Positions 27,311-37,489 of a DNA stretch of 38,768 nucleotides are shown piece after piece. The stretch is from positions 1 to 38,768 of the forward strand of contig CAXEMW010000001.1 of the NCBI GenBank assembly GCA_963997395.1, written 5' to 3'. The notes beneath the pieces were generated by a model. It was given only the letters and a program-made list of their open reading frames with translations, ran no database searches and was not told the origin of the DNA. This DNA comes from an uncultured Planctomycetaceae bacterium. GTDB lineage: Bacteria > Planctomycetota > Planctomycetia > Pirellulales > UBA1268. Each line of letters begins with the position of its first letter. Position 1 is the stretch's first letter. The position numbers were made by a program, and so were the translations under genes.

Positions 27311-28585
27311 TTACGTTGATGCTGCTTCTTGTTCAGCCCGAAGAGTTTCAAGAGGCTCAATGATTTCATCAAGCCGTTCATTAAACAGATCACCAATCAG
27401 AAGATCAGTTACGTGGCCACGAAGATGAGGAAACCGCTTGACGAACTTGCCAAAGTTAAACCCATCGTAAAATTCATAGACCAGGCGACGCATTCGGTCC
27501 ATGCCCCGCACATAATCCTCTCCCCAGCAACCCAATCGACTCGCGGAAAGATCATTCTCTTGAAGCGCAGCCACAATAGCGTCACCAGCAAGCTCCCCAC
27601 TTTTTAATGCCAGCAGTATACCTGAGGAATAAAGTGGATCGAGAAAACCAAACGCATCACCAACGAGAACCCAGCCGTCACCAGCCACATCGCGGGCTCG
27701 ATACGAGTACTCCTTCGCCACACGCACAGATTCTATTTTCGTTGCATTATCGAGGCGTTCATGTAACCCGGGGCAGCGATTCAATTCAGCTGCATAAACG
27801 GCTTCCGGATTTTTGTTCTCTCGGTCTTGAAGTAGATATTCGTATCCTGCGACTACACCGACACTAACCACATCATCATTCAGTGGTATGTACCACAACC
27901 AGCCCTGCTTGTCGTCGAGTTGCATGACAAGAGTGGCCCCCTCGTCACGACCGGTTCCACGGGCCGCACCTTTCCAGTAACTCCATACAGCTGCCTTTTT
28001 CAGAACTGGATCCCACTCCCGCAGGCCGAGCCTGCTCGTGACCATCGCTGATTGGCCACTCGCATCCACAACAACTTTAGAAGTGATAGATGAAATATTC
28101 CCGGCCTCATCTGCCACACGAACACCTGTCGCACGAGTTCCATCAAACAGGACTTCGAGCACTCGCATTCCTTCGTGCACTTTGACGCCATGTGACTCCG
28201 CATTACGAAGCATCATCTCATCAAATTCTGCACGACGAACCTGCCATGTCTGAGAGCTTTCATCATCTCGGTGATCAACAAAATAAAATGGTGCCGAAAG
28301 CAGTCCTTTTTCATTTACAAATTGGACTGAGTGTTTTTCGACAAAGCGACTTCCACGTAAACGTTCAACCATACCAAGCCGTTTTAATGTCCAGAATGTT
28401 TCTGGAATCAAGGACTCACCCACATGAAATCGTGGGAACCTTTCTCGCTCGAACAGCATGACACAGCGTCCCTGCTGAGCTGCAATAGTCGCTGCTGTTG
28501 TACCGGCCGGCCCACCACCGACAACAATAACCTCCGTTTGTTCTGGAAGCTTTACTGCGTCTGGTGCTCGTTCGACCATATCCAT
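27311..28585 (-). CDS. FAD-dependent oxidoreductase, flavin-dependent-halogenase-like (GxGxxG plus WxWxIP motifs)
   Basis: 424-aa ORF with VIVVGGGPAGTTAA, HVGESLIP, GWLWYIPL (W-L-W-Y-I-P encoded at 27884-27901) and GDAFGFLDPLYSSGILLA. The product-level call as a halogenase is uncertain. Confidence 0.75.
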   Translation of the reverse strand: MDMVERAPDAVKLPEQTEVIVVGGGPAGTTAATIAAQQGRCVMLFERERFPRFHVGESLIPETFWTLKRLGMVERLRGSRFVEKHSVQFVNEKGLLSAPFYFVDHRDDESSQTWQVRRAEFDEMMLRNAESHGVKVHEGMRVLEVLFDGTRATGVRVADEAGNISSITSKVVVDASGQSAMVTSRLGLREWDPVLKKAAVWSYWKGAARGTGRDEGATLVMQLDDKQGWLWYIPLNDDVVSVGVVAGYEYLLQDRENKNPEAVYAAELNRCPGLHERLDNATKIESVRVAKEYSYRARDVAGDGWVLVGDAFGFLDPLYSSGILLALKSGELAGDAIVAALQENDLSASRLGCWGEDYVRGMDRMRRLVYEFYDGFNFGKFVKRFPHLRGHVTDLLIGDLFNERLDEIIEPLETLRAEQEAAST

Positions 28586-28784
28586 CTCCTAACGATCGGC
28601 ATTAATACATCTAAGAACAGTATTTTCTATTTCCTTCATAGCGTCAAAGACGCGAGCGTCAAATCACAAGCACCGAAATTATGCTGACTACCCCGATAAC
28701 CGCAACTTTTTAATTCTTAATCATCATGACGAGGTCGAGCAAAACTAAATTTACGGACACTCTGCACCGAGCGAAAGTTGAACA

Positions 28785-29615
28785 TTACTGGGCGAGATAT
28801 AGGGGAAGTGGACTTGCACGAAGTAACTGCAACGCCGTCTCACCAAATAATTTTCGCAGAAGAAGGTTTTTTGCTGAGTTACCGGCAACTATGAGATTCG
28901 CCTCCCACTTTTCTGCATACGGCACAAGTTCTTGCACAGGATCTCCTTGAACGAAATCCATCTCAATCTCTCTGCCATGTGAGGCGAAGTAGCTTTCAAC
29001 AGACTTGAGCCGACGCTCACCCACTTCGACATCACTACCAAAATGTACAACTCGTACTACCGCCTCAGGATAGAGTCCTGACTGAACATAATGCTTGAAT
29101 GTTTTTGCACTTTCCAGTGAACCTGAGTAGGCCACAAGCACACGACGAATGGGGCGGAATGTGTCTGAGACAGCAAGCATTGGACGAACTCCTGCAGCGA
29201 CGAGCCGCTCAAGACTATCTGTTGGCTCTGGAACAACATCGTGCTCAAAAAGACCGTGCAGTCCAAACACACAAAGATCTTGATACCGAACTAAATCAGC
29301 AACTATTTCGAATGGATCACCTGTTCGCTCACAGGTTTGGTGCGGAACATTTGCTGCTAAACATTTCTCTGCAAAAAGTTTATTTGCCTTTTCAATCTCA
29401 GCAGCAACTTTTGTCATTCTGTCCTGACGCAGTTCAGCCGTAAGTGTTTCTACACCCACACCGATAGGCCGCGGACCTGTCCACTCGAGACGCGAGGGAT
29501 CAACAACCGCTATCCCAAGTAATTCAGCACCCTGTGCTTGAGCAATCTCGATGGCGTGGCTCACTACAGACTCCGCGTGACCGCTTGTTCCAAGTCCGAC
29601 GAGAATACGTTTCAT
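28785..29615 (-). CDS. Universal stress protein, tandem Usp domains
   Basis: The ORF extends to 29699. The Met at 29615 (MKRILVGLGTSGHAE) is the typical Usp N-terminus. A second Usp domain starts RRVLVAYSGS and ends VAGNSAKNLLLRKLFGETA. Confidence 0.75.
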   Translation of the reverse strand: MKRILVGLGTSGHAESVVSHAIEIAQAQGAELLGIAVVDPSRLEWTGPRPIGVGVETLTAELRQDRMTKVAAEIEKANKLFAEKCLAANVPHQTCERTGDPFEIVADLVRYQDLCVFGLHGLFEHDVVPEPTDSLERLVAAGVRPMLAVSDTFRPIRRVLVAYSGSLESAKTFKHYVQSGLYPEAVVRVVHFGSDVEVGERRLKSVESYFASHGREIEMDFVQGDPVQELVPYAEKWEANLIVAGNSAKNLLLRKLFGETALQLLRASPLPLYLAQ

Positions 29616-29884
29616 TATGGCACTGTTTCCGAGATGGCTGTCACGAATCGACAGGAACAAACAAACGGCCCGAAAGCCACCGAATGAAAATTCTTTCACA
29701 CTTGAATCTCAACGACCACCTTCGTTGATAACGCGGGGGAAATGGAGGCTATTCAAGAACATGGCGTACCATGCCCGTGCAACAAACGGCCCTCCAAATA
29801 ATGAACTCGCTCGGTAATAAACGCCACGCACCCAGACTGAAAAGATGATGCCGCCACATACTTCCTGGAACTCTCAGGAACGTG

Positions 29885-30934
29885 TTACCCGAGTGAATAA
29901 ATAAGGAACAATCCACCAAGCACGACAAAGAGCATGAGAAATGCATCTGGCTCTATAAATGGGAGTCGCCGTTCGCCATGATACAACTGGCCGAGTACTG
30001 CTATGGCAGTCGCAAGTACGACAGTAAACGCTGTTACAGCATGAGCCCCGGACATGCTCAAAAAAAATGATCCCTCATGCAACAAATCAAGTGGGACAAA
30101 CAGAACGATATTGAAAGCATTACTTCCAAATGCATTACCAATAGCAAGATCGATTGCCCCAATCCGGATTGCTGTTAATGATGCAACGAGTTCGGGCAAT
30201 GATGTCGTCACCGCAACAAGTGTTGTCCCAACAAAGGTTCCGCCAAGACCTGTTTCTTCGGCCAACGCACCGGCCACATGTGCGAGCTTTGGTCCAACAA
30301 AACATAAGACAACCGCAGCAGCACAGAAAATGATCGCTGACAAGAGAAATGATGGCTTACGAGCCGAACTCGCCTGAGACAGACCACTGTCGTCGGATTG
30401 GGATTCAGCAGCCAGCCTCGCTGAGATACGTTGATTGATAAAAATCATTCTGGCACCGAAAAGATATGACAACAAAATTGCCCAGGACCAGCCACTCATT
30501 CCAAGAATGATCGCTGCTGGTAGCTTATCAGCAGTAACGATTGCCAGGCCGGCTAGCGATGTGACGGCAATACCAAGTGTTGCCGAAAGTGCATGAGCCG
30601 CCCCTTCACGCGAAAGCATTTTTCTCCCTGACCGAATGCTTAAATCAACTATTGCCAAGATAAGCAGATTCATAAGACTGCTTCCAAAAAGATCACCAGC
30701 AGCGAGATCGACGTACCCGGAACGAATCGCCGCAATATCAACCGATAATTCAGGAAGTGAAGTGACCGCAGCGAGCAGCAAGCTACCGACGAGGAGTCGA
30801 CCGAGCCCTGTTGCCTCGGCAATCTGATCTGCCGAACGGGCCAGTACGGACCCAGCAGCCGCAACAGCTCCAGCTAACAGCAAAAACTGCCAAATAAGCA
30901 TAGTTGGCATAGCAATCGTCACATGAGCGTACAA
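29885..30934 (-). CDS. Ca2+/cation antiporter (CaCA, YrbG-like sodium:calcium antiporter)
   Basis: 349-aa polytopic ORF with two alpha-repeat motifs (GDLFGSSLMNL and GNAFGSNAFNIV). It starts 4 nt after the rhomboid stop. Confidence 0.8.
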   Translation of the reverse strand: MYAHVTIAMPTMLIWQFLLLAGAVAAAGSVLARSADQIAEATGLGRLLVGSLLLAAVTSLPELSVDIAAIRSGYVDLAAGDLFGSSLMNLLILAIVDLSIRSGRKMLSREGAAHALSATLGIAVTSLAGLAIVTADKLPAAIILGMSGWSWAILLSYLFGARMIFINQRISARLAAESQSDDSGLSQASSARKPSFLLSAIIFCAAAVVLCFVGPKLAHVAGALAEETGLGGTFVGTTLVAVTTSLPELVASLTAIRIGAIDLAIGNAFGSNAFNIVLFVPLDLLHEGSFFLSMSGAHAVTAFTVVLATAIAVLGQLYHGERRLPFIEPDAFLMLFVVLGGLFLIYSLG

Positions 30935-30938
30935 AATT

Positions 30939-31715
30939 TTACAGGCCCTTATGACGCCTCCTAAAAGTAACTAACTGATCCGCCTGTCGACGAATGTCTT
31001 TATCGCTGAGCGGCTTGGCCAGAATTAAACCTGCAATAAATCCAGCAACGTGCGCTGAATAAGCCACCCCACCACCCGTGTCTAGAAGGCCGAGTACAAC
31101 CTGCATGAGAAAGTAGATTCCAACAGCGACATAACCCGGGACATCCATAATAAAACGAAACAAGATCACACTTACTCGACGATTTGGATGGAGGACTAAA
31201 TACCCACCCAATACACCAGAGATGGCACCAGATGCACCAAGACAAGGAGTGAATGCCTCATCGCCACGAGCGTTCAAAAACACAAAGGCAAGCGAAGCCA
31301 AGACTCCGGCTGCAAGATAGTAAATGAGATATCGGGTGTGACCCATATCGTCTTCAACATTATCACCAAAGATAAAAAGAAACCACATATTACCGAGGAG
31401 GTGCATCCATCCGCCGTGCAGAAAAATACCTGTCAGTAATGTGAGGTAAACAGGAATCGGTGTGGGACGAAGACCGGGCACAGACACTTGATATTGCTGC
31501 CCTTCATATTCAACCTCCCGTATGGTTGGTTCGGTAACGATATCTTGGCCAGTCACAATTTCGGCTGGCACCTGACAGAAGGCCAACGTGACATCGTCGT
31601 TTTTGCCGCCCTGTTGAAACAGCACAAAGACAACCACGTTTGCTGCGATGAGCGACCATGTCACCCATGGAACTCTTTGCCGATCAGAATTGTCATCACT
31701 CAGTGGGAAAACCAT
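30939..31715 (-). CDS. Rhomboid family intramembrane serine protease
   Basis: 258-aa ORF with HGGWMHLLGNMWFLFIFG, the catalytic-Ser motif GASGAISGVLG and the His motif AHVAGFIAGL. Confidence 0.85.
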   Translation of the reverse strand: MVFPLSDDNSDRQRVPWVTWSLIAANVVVFVLFQQGGKNDDVTLAFCQVPAEIVTGQDIVTEPTIREVEYEGQQYQVSVPGLRPTPIPVYLTLLTGIFLHGGWMHLLGNMWFLFIFGDNVEDDMGHTRYLIYYLAAGVLASLAFVFLNARGDEAFTPCLGASGAISGVLGGYLVLHPNRRVSVILFRFIMDVPGYVAVGIYFLMQVVLGLLDTGGGVAYSAHVAGFIAGLILAKPLSDKDIRRQADQLVTFRRRHKGL

Positions 31716-31811
31716 AGTCGTACGATAGAAGGGAAACCAACGATACTGTTGTCACTCTGACAACTTATCAGTCTCTTAATGTACGCACTGCAATTGAAAA
31801 AGGGGACTCTT

Positions 31812-32303
31812 CTACGCAGCTTTCGAGCGTTGCGACCCCTTTGTCTTCTGAGTCGGTGCAATTTCAGATTCTTCCAGCTTCTGTTCAATCCAGCCATCGA
31901 CACTCCAAGGACCACCTCCGGCATAAATTAATGCAAGGAGTCCACCGCCAATTGCCATATTTTTCATGAATTGAATTATTTGTAATTGCCTCTGTGCTGG
32001 ATCAGCGATCATCCAAAAATCATGGAAATAAAATGTTGCTGCCGCGAGAAAGACGAAGAGGAAAGCAGCTCCTATCCGTGTCCATGCACCTGCCAAAAGC
32101 GAGAGACCGCCGATAAGAATAAGACCAATTGCGCCAAACAACGCTAACCGAGGATTCGGAATTCCCTCGCTAGCCATATATTCAGCCGTCTGTGAAAAGT
32201 GACGAATCTTGCTGTCAAAAGCGCTGAATAAAAAAATCGCTACGAGCATAAAGCGAGCCATTAGAGACACGCATCCCTGAACAAAATTGGCAACCTGTTC
32301 CAT
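31812..32303 (-). CDS. DoxX family membrane protein
   Basis: The track ORF starts at TTG 32345. The ATG at 32303 (MEQVANF...) is more plausible. It has four hydrophobic segments, and its size and ARFMLVAIFLFSAFDSK segment are typical of DoxX. Confidence 0.7.
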   Translation of the reverse strand: MEQVANFVQGCVSLMARFMLVAIFLFSAFDSKIRHFSQTAEYMASEGIPNPRLALFGAIGLILIGGLSLLAGAWTRIGAAFLFVFLAAATFYFHDFWMIADPAQRQLQIIQFMKNMAIGGGLLALIYAGGGPWSVDGWIEQKLEESEIAPTQKTKGSQRSKAA

Positions 32304-32482
32304 GATGTAACCGTTTCTGCCTTTATCTCGCAGTCCATATCCCAAACCAGAGAACTTCTAGAAGATACTCGCGTTCGCTTCTATCCACCGCAAGACCGGA
32401 TAGCCCGTTAAGATTGGCAATCTTGAGAAACAAGGTAGCTGAATGACCTTCTTCACCATTCAGCCCAACAATCAGTCGTTAG

Positions 32483-33523
32483 TCAGTCCAACGCCGGTTG
32501 CTGACACGTCACGCAGTGAACTGCTCCCCGCCCACGAATTAATTCGAGGGCTGAAAATGGAACTACTTCTCGATCTGGAAAGAAGCGTTGAATTGTCACT
32601 ATCGCGACTGCATCCAGATCGTGACCAAAGGTTGGAACAATGACACCACCATTCACAATGAAAAAATTGAGATAGCTGGCCGGAAGCTGCACATCATCAA
32701 AAAAAACACGTGGTGGCAAATCGATGGGTACAACGTCGAGCAATCGTCCACTCGCATCCCTAAGACTTTTCAATAATGCAAAATTTGCCTCGAGTGATTC
32801 ATGATTGAGATCACTCCTATCAGGTTGGCGAGCCGCAACAACACACCCCGGTGCAACAAAACGAGCCAATTGATCAATATGACCATCCGTATCATCACCA
32901 ACGAGATCGCCATTTACCCAAAGAACCGTATCGACACCTAAGGAAGAACGAAGGACTGCGGTTAGATCCTCTCGACTATACCCTAGATTTCTTTGTGGAT
33001 CATCGATGCAACGATGATTTACCAAGAGTGTTCCTTCGCCATCTGTTTCAATCGCACCACCCTCAAGAACTATCTCAGCCTCTTCGACTTGAAGACCAAG
33101 ATAATTTGCGATTTTTCCGGCGACAGCAGCATCAGCATCCCAAGAAGGATATTTCCCACCCCAGGCGTTGAATCCAAAGTTCACGATCCCAAGTTCCGCG
33201 TGAACACTCTTCGACTTCAGAAAAACTGGTCCCGTATCTCGTAGCCATGAGTCATCCGTTGGAATTTCAATGAGAGCGACTTGGTCAACACCCTCCAGCA
33301 ATGATGAGGCGTGACGAAGCACATCCTCACTGCCAATGACACGCACCGGTTCATAACAAGCAAGAAGCCTGACAAGCTTGGCAAAAGCCAGTGGCACTTC
33401 GTCGAAATCACCAAGAAAAGTGTCTCGTCGATGAGGCCAGGCAAGCCAGGTTGCAGCATGTGGCTCCCATTCGGCAGGAAACCGAAAGCCGTTTGTTGGT
33501 GAAGATAATCCTTCAACCTTCAT
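32483..33523 (-). CDS. aguA: Agmatine deiminase
   Basis: 346-aa ORF with FPAEWEPH, SWLRDTGP, DGHID and the C-terminal catalytic-Cys motif GAVHCVTCQQP. Confidence 0.85.
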   Translation of the reverse strand: MKVEGLSSPTNGFRFPAEWEPHAATWLAWPHRRDTFLGDFDEVPLAFAKLVRLLACYEPVRVIGSEDVLRHASSLLEGVDQVALIEIPTDDSWLRDTGPVFLKSKSVHAELGIVNFGFNAWGGKYPSWDADAAVAGKIANYLGLQVEEAEIVLEGGAIETDGEGTLLVNHRCIDDPQRNLGYSREDLTAVLRSSLGVDTVLWVNGDLVGDDTDGHIDQLARFVAPGCVVAARQPDRSDLNHESLEANFALLKSLRDASGRLLDVVPIDLPPRVFFDDVQLPASYLNFFIVNGGVIVPTFGHDLDAVAIVTIQRFFPDREVVPFSALELIRGRGAVHCVTCQQPALD

Positions 33524-33705
33524 TCCATCGAAACTCCGTCATCAATCTGCCAAAATTTGAACAGCCAAGAGATTTTTTTGGGCTCCAATCAAACCATCCC
33601 AACATGTGATGAGAACACAAGCCAAACATCGCGATTCAAAACACAGAAACACATTGAAGCAGTTCTGAATTCATTTTCACGCTACGTAGGTAACATCTTG
33701 GGATT

Positions 33706-34968
33706 TCATCCAGGGACAACCTGGCTCAGCTTGGCCGCTGGGACTGGGTACTGTTCTGCTAGCTCGGCCACTTCTCGGCGAGTTGTCTCGATCACCTGTG
33801 AGTCTTCCGGTGATTTGAGGACTTGAAGAATCCAAGCAGCCACCTGCTCCATCTCGTCAGCCCCCATTCCTCGTGTTGTAAGGGCGGGCGTGCCTAATCG
33901 AATTCCTGATGGATCAACAGGCTTCCGCTCATCGTATGGAATCATATTTTTATTGCAGGTGATCCCACAGCAATCCAATGCCTCTTCAGCTAATTTCCCA
34001 CCAAGACCGAGCGGCGTGACATCAACCAGCATGAGATGGTTATCGGTACCTCCGCTCACCAGTTTCACACCACCGGCCGCAAGCGACTGAGCAAGCGCCT
34101 GAGCATTCGCAATAACCTGTTCCGCATATTCTTTGAAGTCTGGTTTAAGCGCCTCTGCAAAGGCAATTGCTTTTCCTGCAACAACATGCATCAATGGCCC
34201 GCCTTGAGTTCCTGGGAACACAGCCCGGTCGAGATCTTTTGCATGTTCTGCTCGGCACATGGCAATTCCGCCACGTGGCCCTCTCAAAGTCTTGTGTGTT
34301 GTGCTTGTCACAAAGTCTGCATGAGGCACCGGACTGTTGTGAACACCGGCAGCAACAAGGCCTGCATAGTGTGCCATATCGACCAATAATTTTGCTCCAA
34401 CTTCATTGGCTATCTCCGCAAAACGTTCGTGTGGGATTTCCCTCGGATATGCGCTTGCTCCAGCAACTATCAACTTTGGCTTATGTTCGCGGGCAAGTCG
34501 AACGATCTGATCAAAATCAAGAAGATGGTCATCCTGCCGAACGCCGTAGTGAACAAAACGATACAAGATGCCTGAGCTATTCAGTCGCATTCCATGAGTG
34601 AGGTGACCACCATGCGCCAAGTCGAACGCGAGCACTGTATCGCCTGGCTTGATAGCTGCGAGGTAGACCGCTGAGTTTGCTTGGCTTCCAGAGTGTGGCT
34701 GCACATTTACGTGCTCAGCGCCGAAAAGCTGCTTGGCCCTGTTGCGCGCGAGGTCTTCGACCGTGTCAACAAATTCACAACCGCCATAATATCTTTTGCC
34801 GGGATACCCTTCGGCATACTTATTGGTCAATACGCTCCCCACTGCCTGCATAACTGCTGGGCTCGTAAAGTTTTCACTTGCAATCATTTCGAGGCCTTCC
34901 GCTTGCCGAGTTTGCTCCGCAGCGATTGATGACCAAATTGCAGGGTCTTCTAGTTCAACAAAGTTCAC
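33706..34968 (-). CDS. glyA: Serine hydroxymethyltransferase
   Basis: 420-aa ORF with LIASENF-type [30 protein letters not shown] and the PLP-lysine motif [14 protein letters not shown]. Confidence 0.95.
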   Translation of the reverse strand: MNFVELEDPAIWSSIAAEQTRQAEGLEMIASENFTSPAVMQAVGSVLTNKYAEGYPGKRYYGGCEFVDTVEDLARNRAKQLFGAEHVNVQPHSGSQANSAVYLAAIKPGDTVLAFDLAHGGHLTHGMRLNSSGILYRFVHYGVRQDDHLLDFDQIVRLAREHKPKLIVAGASAYPREIPHERFAEIANEVGAKLLVDMAHYAGLVAAGVHNSPVPHADFVTSTTHKTLRGPRGGIAMCRAEHAKDLDRAVFPGTQGGPLMHVVAGKAIAFAEALKPDFKEYAEQVIANAQALAQSLAAGGVKLVSGGTDNHLMLVDVTPLGLGGKLAEEALDCCGITCNKNMIPYDERKPVDPSGIRLGTPALTTRGMGADEMEQVAAWILQVLKSPEDSQVIETTRREVAELAEQYPVPAAKLSQVVPG

Positions 34969-35063
34969 GGATCACCTCTCGGTTATGTAGCAGCTTTAGA
35001 AACAGTGCGTCAGACTCCATTTAGAACAATCTTAGACTATTGTGTGAGCGAAATGGCAGGTCG

Positions 35064-36056
35064 TCAACGAATGAAAATGAATCCGGGTAGCAGAAGCGGC
35101 TCTGGCATGAATGTAATCACCGGAATGACAAATGAAGCAATGCCCAGAATTGTTCTCGCGGTGCCCAACGGCTGCGATTCATTTCGAATGGGCGGGTGAT
35201 CGACACCCATAAACGTGATTAAAACAACCATCAAAACCCAATGGTCTGCTCCAGTAACAATAATAGCGGTTATGGCTCCGAGGAGGACACTTCGGGCCAC
35301 CCAGCACGAACGCCTTCCGAAAAGAGCATGGCAAATGTGCCCACCATCGAGTTGGCTGAGGGGAATCATGTTCAGTCCAGTTACCAGAAAACCTACCCAT
35401 CCAGCCATTAAGAATGCATTCGGGGTAAGCACCTGGCCGATCGGTAAATCTGGTCGAACAAGTTGCAAAAGCCATGTTGCAAGTAACGGCATCGAAAAGA
35501 GGCTGGTATCTGCCGGTTGGGCAAGCACGAGCCCCACTGCAAAAAGAGGAACCGCAACAAAAAGACCAGCGAGCGGTCCAGCTAAGGCGATATCAAACAA
35601 TTGTCGTCTGTCTGCCCGAGATCCTTCCATGCCGATTACGGCACCGAGTGTCCCAGTCAGCATCACCGGTAAAGGTAAAAAAAATGGAAGTGTTGCGGGA
35701 ATTCGATGGCGCCACGCTGCAACAAAGTGACCTGCTTCATGTGCCGTCAAAATTGCCATGACTGAAACCATATAAGTCAGGCCTCGGAACCAATGCACTG
35801 TCAGATCATTCGTAAAGCCACCATAAAGACCAAGAACCACTGGTCGCCAACCGACTGTCCCAGCTGCAAACGTTGTGAGGCAGGTTCCCAGAAAGAGGTA
35901 CATCTGTAATCGAATGCGTGCCGATTGTGGCTGAGCACGATTGAGCCCCCCCGCCTGGTGATTCTCGTTTGTTGACAAAACCACCGGCAACCGGGAAGTC
36001 TCAGGCGAAGTGGAAAAATCAAGTGTTTTGACAGGGTCTTCTCTCATGGCACACAC
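35064..36056 (-). CDS. Site-2 protease (peptidase M50) family membrane metalloprotease
   Basis: 330-aa polytopic ORF with HEAGHFVAA (HExxH) and NMIPLSQLDGGH (NxxPxxxLDG). Confidence 0.8.
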   Translation of the reverse strand: MCAMREDPVKTLDFSTSPETSRLPVVLSTNENHQAGGLNRAQPQSARIRLQMYLFLGTCLTTFAAGTVGWRPVVLGLYGGFTNDLTVHWFRGLTYMVSVMAILTAHEAGHFVAAWRHRIPATLPFFLPLPVMLTGTLGAVIGMEGSRADRRQLFDIALAGPLAGLFVAVPLFAVGLVLAQPADTSLFSMPLLATWLLQLVRPDLPIGQVLTPNAFLMAGWVGFLVTGLNMIPLSQLDGGHICHALFGRRSCWVARSVLLGAITAIIVTGADHWVLMVVLITFMGVDHPPIRNESQPLGTARTILGIASFVIPVITFMPEPLLLPGFIFIR

Positions 36057-36178
36057 AGAATAGCCCTTGAGAAAGAAATTTGACTGCTACACTTTTATTT
36101 CTCTGAAAAACTGGGTGCATAGTTTTACCTACAATAGAGCGTGAGCCATCTTCTCGGAAAGCAAAAACCATCTGTGCC
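36057..36178. promoter_or_regulatory. Divergent intergenic region between the M50 protease gene and lysA
   Basis: A 122-nt gap between divergent genes. It is too short for a lysine riboswitch and lacks its conserved core. Confidence 0.3.
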
Positions 36179-37489
36179 ATGAGTGATATAGCCCCCAATA
36201 CAATAGAATCTACTGGTATTCGACGACAATTTGCCGGCATCGACCTTCAGGAGTTGGCAAAAAGACACGGAACCCCGCTCTACGCGTACGATGCGTCTGT
36301 AATCCAGCAGCGATGTGCTGACCTGAGTGATTGGGACACAGTTCGCTTTGCACAAAAAGCGTGTTCAAACCTTGCAATCCTTGACCTTGTGCGGCGCGAA
36401 GGTGTGCTTGTGGATGCTGTAAGCCATGGTGAAATCGCAAGGGCCATCGCTGCGGGCTATCCAACAAAAAGCTCATCAGAAGACCAAGACGATCTACCCG
36501 CAGCAGATCCAATTGTTTACACGGCAGACATTTTTGATCATGAAAGTCTCGACGCCGTCGTTCAACATGGCATTCATGTCAATTGCGGTTCCGCGGACAT
36601 GCTTGAACAATTGGCACAACGCGTGCCAGGTGCAAACGTAACACTTCGAGTGAATCCAGGATTTGGACACGGTCATAGCCAGAAGACCAATACTGGAGGA
36701 GAAGGCTCCAAGCATGGCATCTGGCATGAAGCGATCCCAGATGTTCTTCAACGCGCGGAGTGGGCAGGACTCGCCGTAACTGGCCTTCATATGCATATTG
36801 GCAGCGGTGCCGATTTGAACCATCTCGCTACGGTTGCAGACTCTCTTGAGAAGACAGCACGCGATATTGGCCGTTCCCTTACGATGATTAGTGCAGGTGG
36901 AGGACTTCCGGTTCCTTATCAGGAAGGTGAACACCGAGCTGACCTGTCGGAATACTTCAAGCTGTGGGATACCACCAGAAAGCGTCTCGAGGATTCTTTT
37001 GGTCATCGAATTCGACTGGAAATTGAGCCCGGTCGGTACCTGACTGCTGAGGCCGGCATTCTGGTCACCGAAGTAAGAGCGATGAAGCGACAAGGTTCAA
37101 AAAAGTATCTCTTGGTTGACGCAGGCTTCCATACTCTTGCCCGACCTGTATTGTATGGCTCGTATCACCCGATGAGCCTCTGCCCAACATCGACGACACC
37201 TCCGCACGAGATCGAAGCCGTCGCAATCGGTGGACCACTTTGTGAATCTGGCGACATCTTCACTCAGGAAGAGGGTGGTTTCGTATCGACTCGTGACCTC
37301 CCCCCTGCCCGTGTTGGTGACCTTCTTGTTATTGAGGTTGCTGGTGCCTATGGATTCGTCATGGCCAGCAATTACAACTCAAAACCTTTTCCTGCCGAAG
37401 TCCTCATCGACGGCGGCACATCGCGGCTTGTTCGGGCACGGCAGACTGCTGAAGAGCTCTTCGCTGGTGAGTCGGTTCCTCATCAGTAA
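36179..37489 (+). CDS. lysA: Diaminopimelate decarboxylase
   Basis: 436-aa ORF with long collinear similarity to my recollection of E. coli LysA: VRFAQKACSN, LRVNPGFGHGHSQKTNTGGE.SKHGIW, GLHMHIGSG, ISAGGGL.VPY, LEIEPGR, GPLCESGD and SNYNS. Confidence 0.93.
   Translation: MSDIAPNTIESTGIRRQFAGIDLQELAKRHGTPLYAYDASVIQQRCADLSDWDTVRFAQKACSNLAILDLVRREGVLVDAVSHGEIARAIAAGYPTKSSSEDQDDLPAADPIVYTADIFDHESLDAVVQHGIHVNCGSADMLEQLAQRVPGANVTLRVNPGFGHGHSQKTNTGGEGSKHGIWHEAIPDVLQRAEWAGLAVTGLHMHIGSGADLNHLATVADSLEKTARDIGRSLTMISAGGGLPVPYQEGEHRADLSEYFKLWDTTRKRLEDSFGHRIRLEIEPGRYLTAEAGILVTEVRAMKRQGSKKYLLVDAGFHTLARPVLYGSYHPMSLCPTSTTPPHEIEAVAIGGPLCESGDIFTQEEGGFVSTRDLPPARVGDLLVIEVAGAYGFVMASNYNSKPFPAEVLIDGGTSRLVRARQTAEELFAGESVPHQ

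Noticed and set aside
31748-31764. Hairpin GTTGTCA-CTC-TGACAAC downstream of doxX, and hairpin TCAACGA-N6-TCGTTGA at about 29709-29728
   Set aside because: The stems are short, at a frequency expected by chance. Neither is followed by a U-tract on the transcribed strand, so they cannot be called intrinsic terminators.
32355-32364. A perfect 10-bp palindrome CTTCTAGAAG, and a 15-nt palindrome AAGATTGGCAATCTT (32410-32424), both upstream of doxX
   Set aside because: Perfect 10-bp palindromes are expected about 38 times by chance in 38.8 kb (length divided by 4^5). Seven-bp-arm inverted repeats are expected about 2.4 times per fixed loop size. Neither is significant without conservation data.
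34969-35063. Possible riboswitch or leader upstream of glyA (ZTP/THF type), and upstream of lysA (lysine riboswitch, 36057-36178)
   Set aside because: The gaps of 95 and 122 nt are too short for these elements. The conserved cores I remember, such as CCGCCUGGGC for ZTP, are absent.
35215-35730. A 171-aa ORF antisense to the M50 protease gene
   Set aside because: It is embedded opposite a polytopic membrane protein gene. Its translation is Pro/Arg/Ser/Thr/Ala-rich, as expected for the antisense strand of hydrophobic coding sequence.
36494-37093. A 199-aa ORF antisense to lysA
   Set aside because: lysA is collinear with my recollection of E. coli LysA across this region. The antisense product has no motif and has the composition of a shadow frame.
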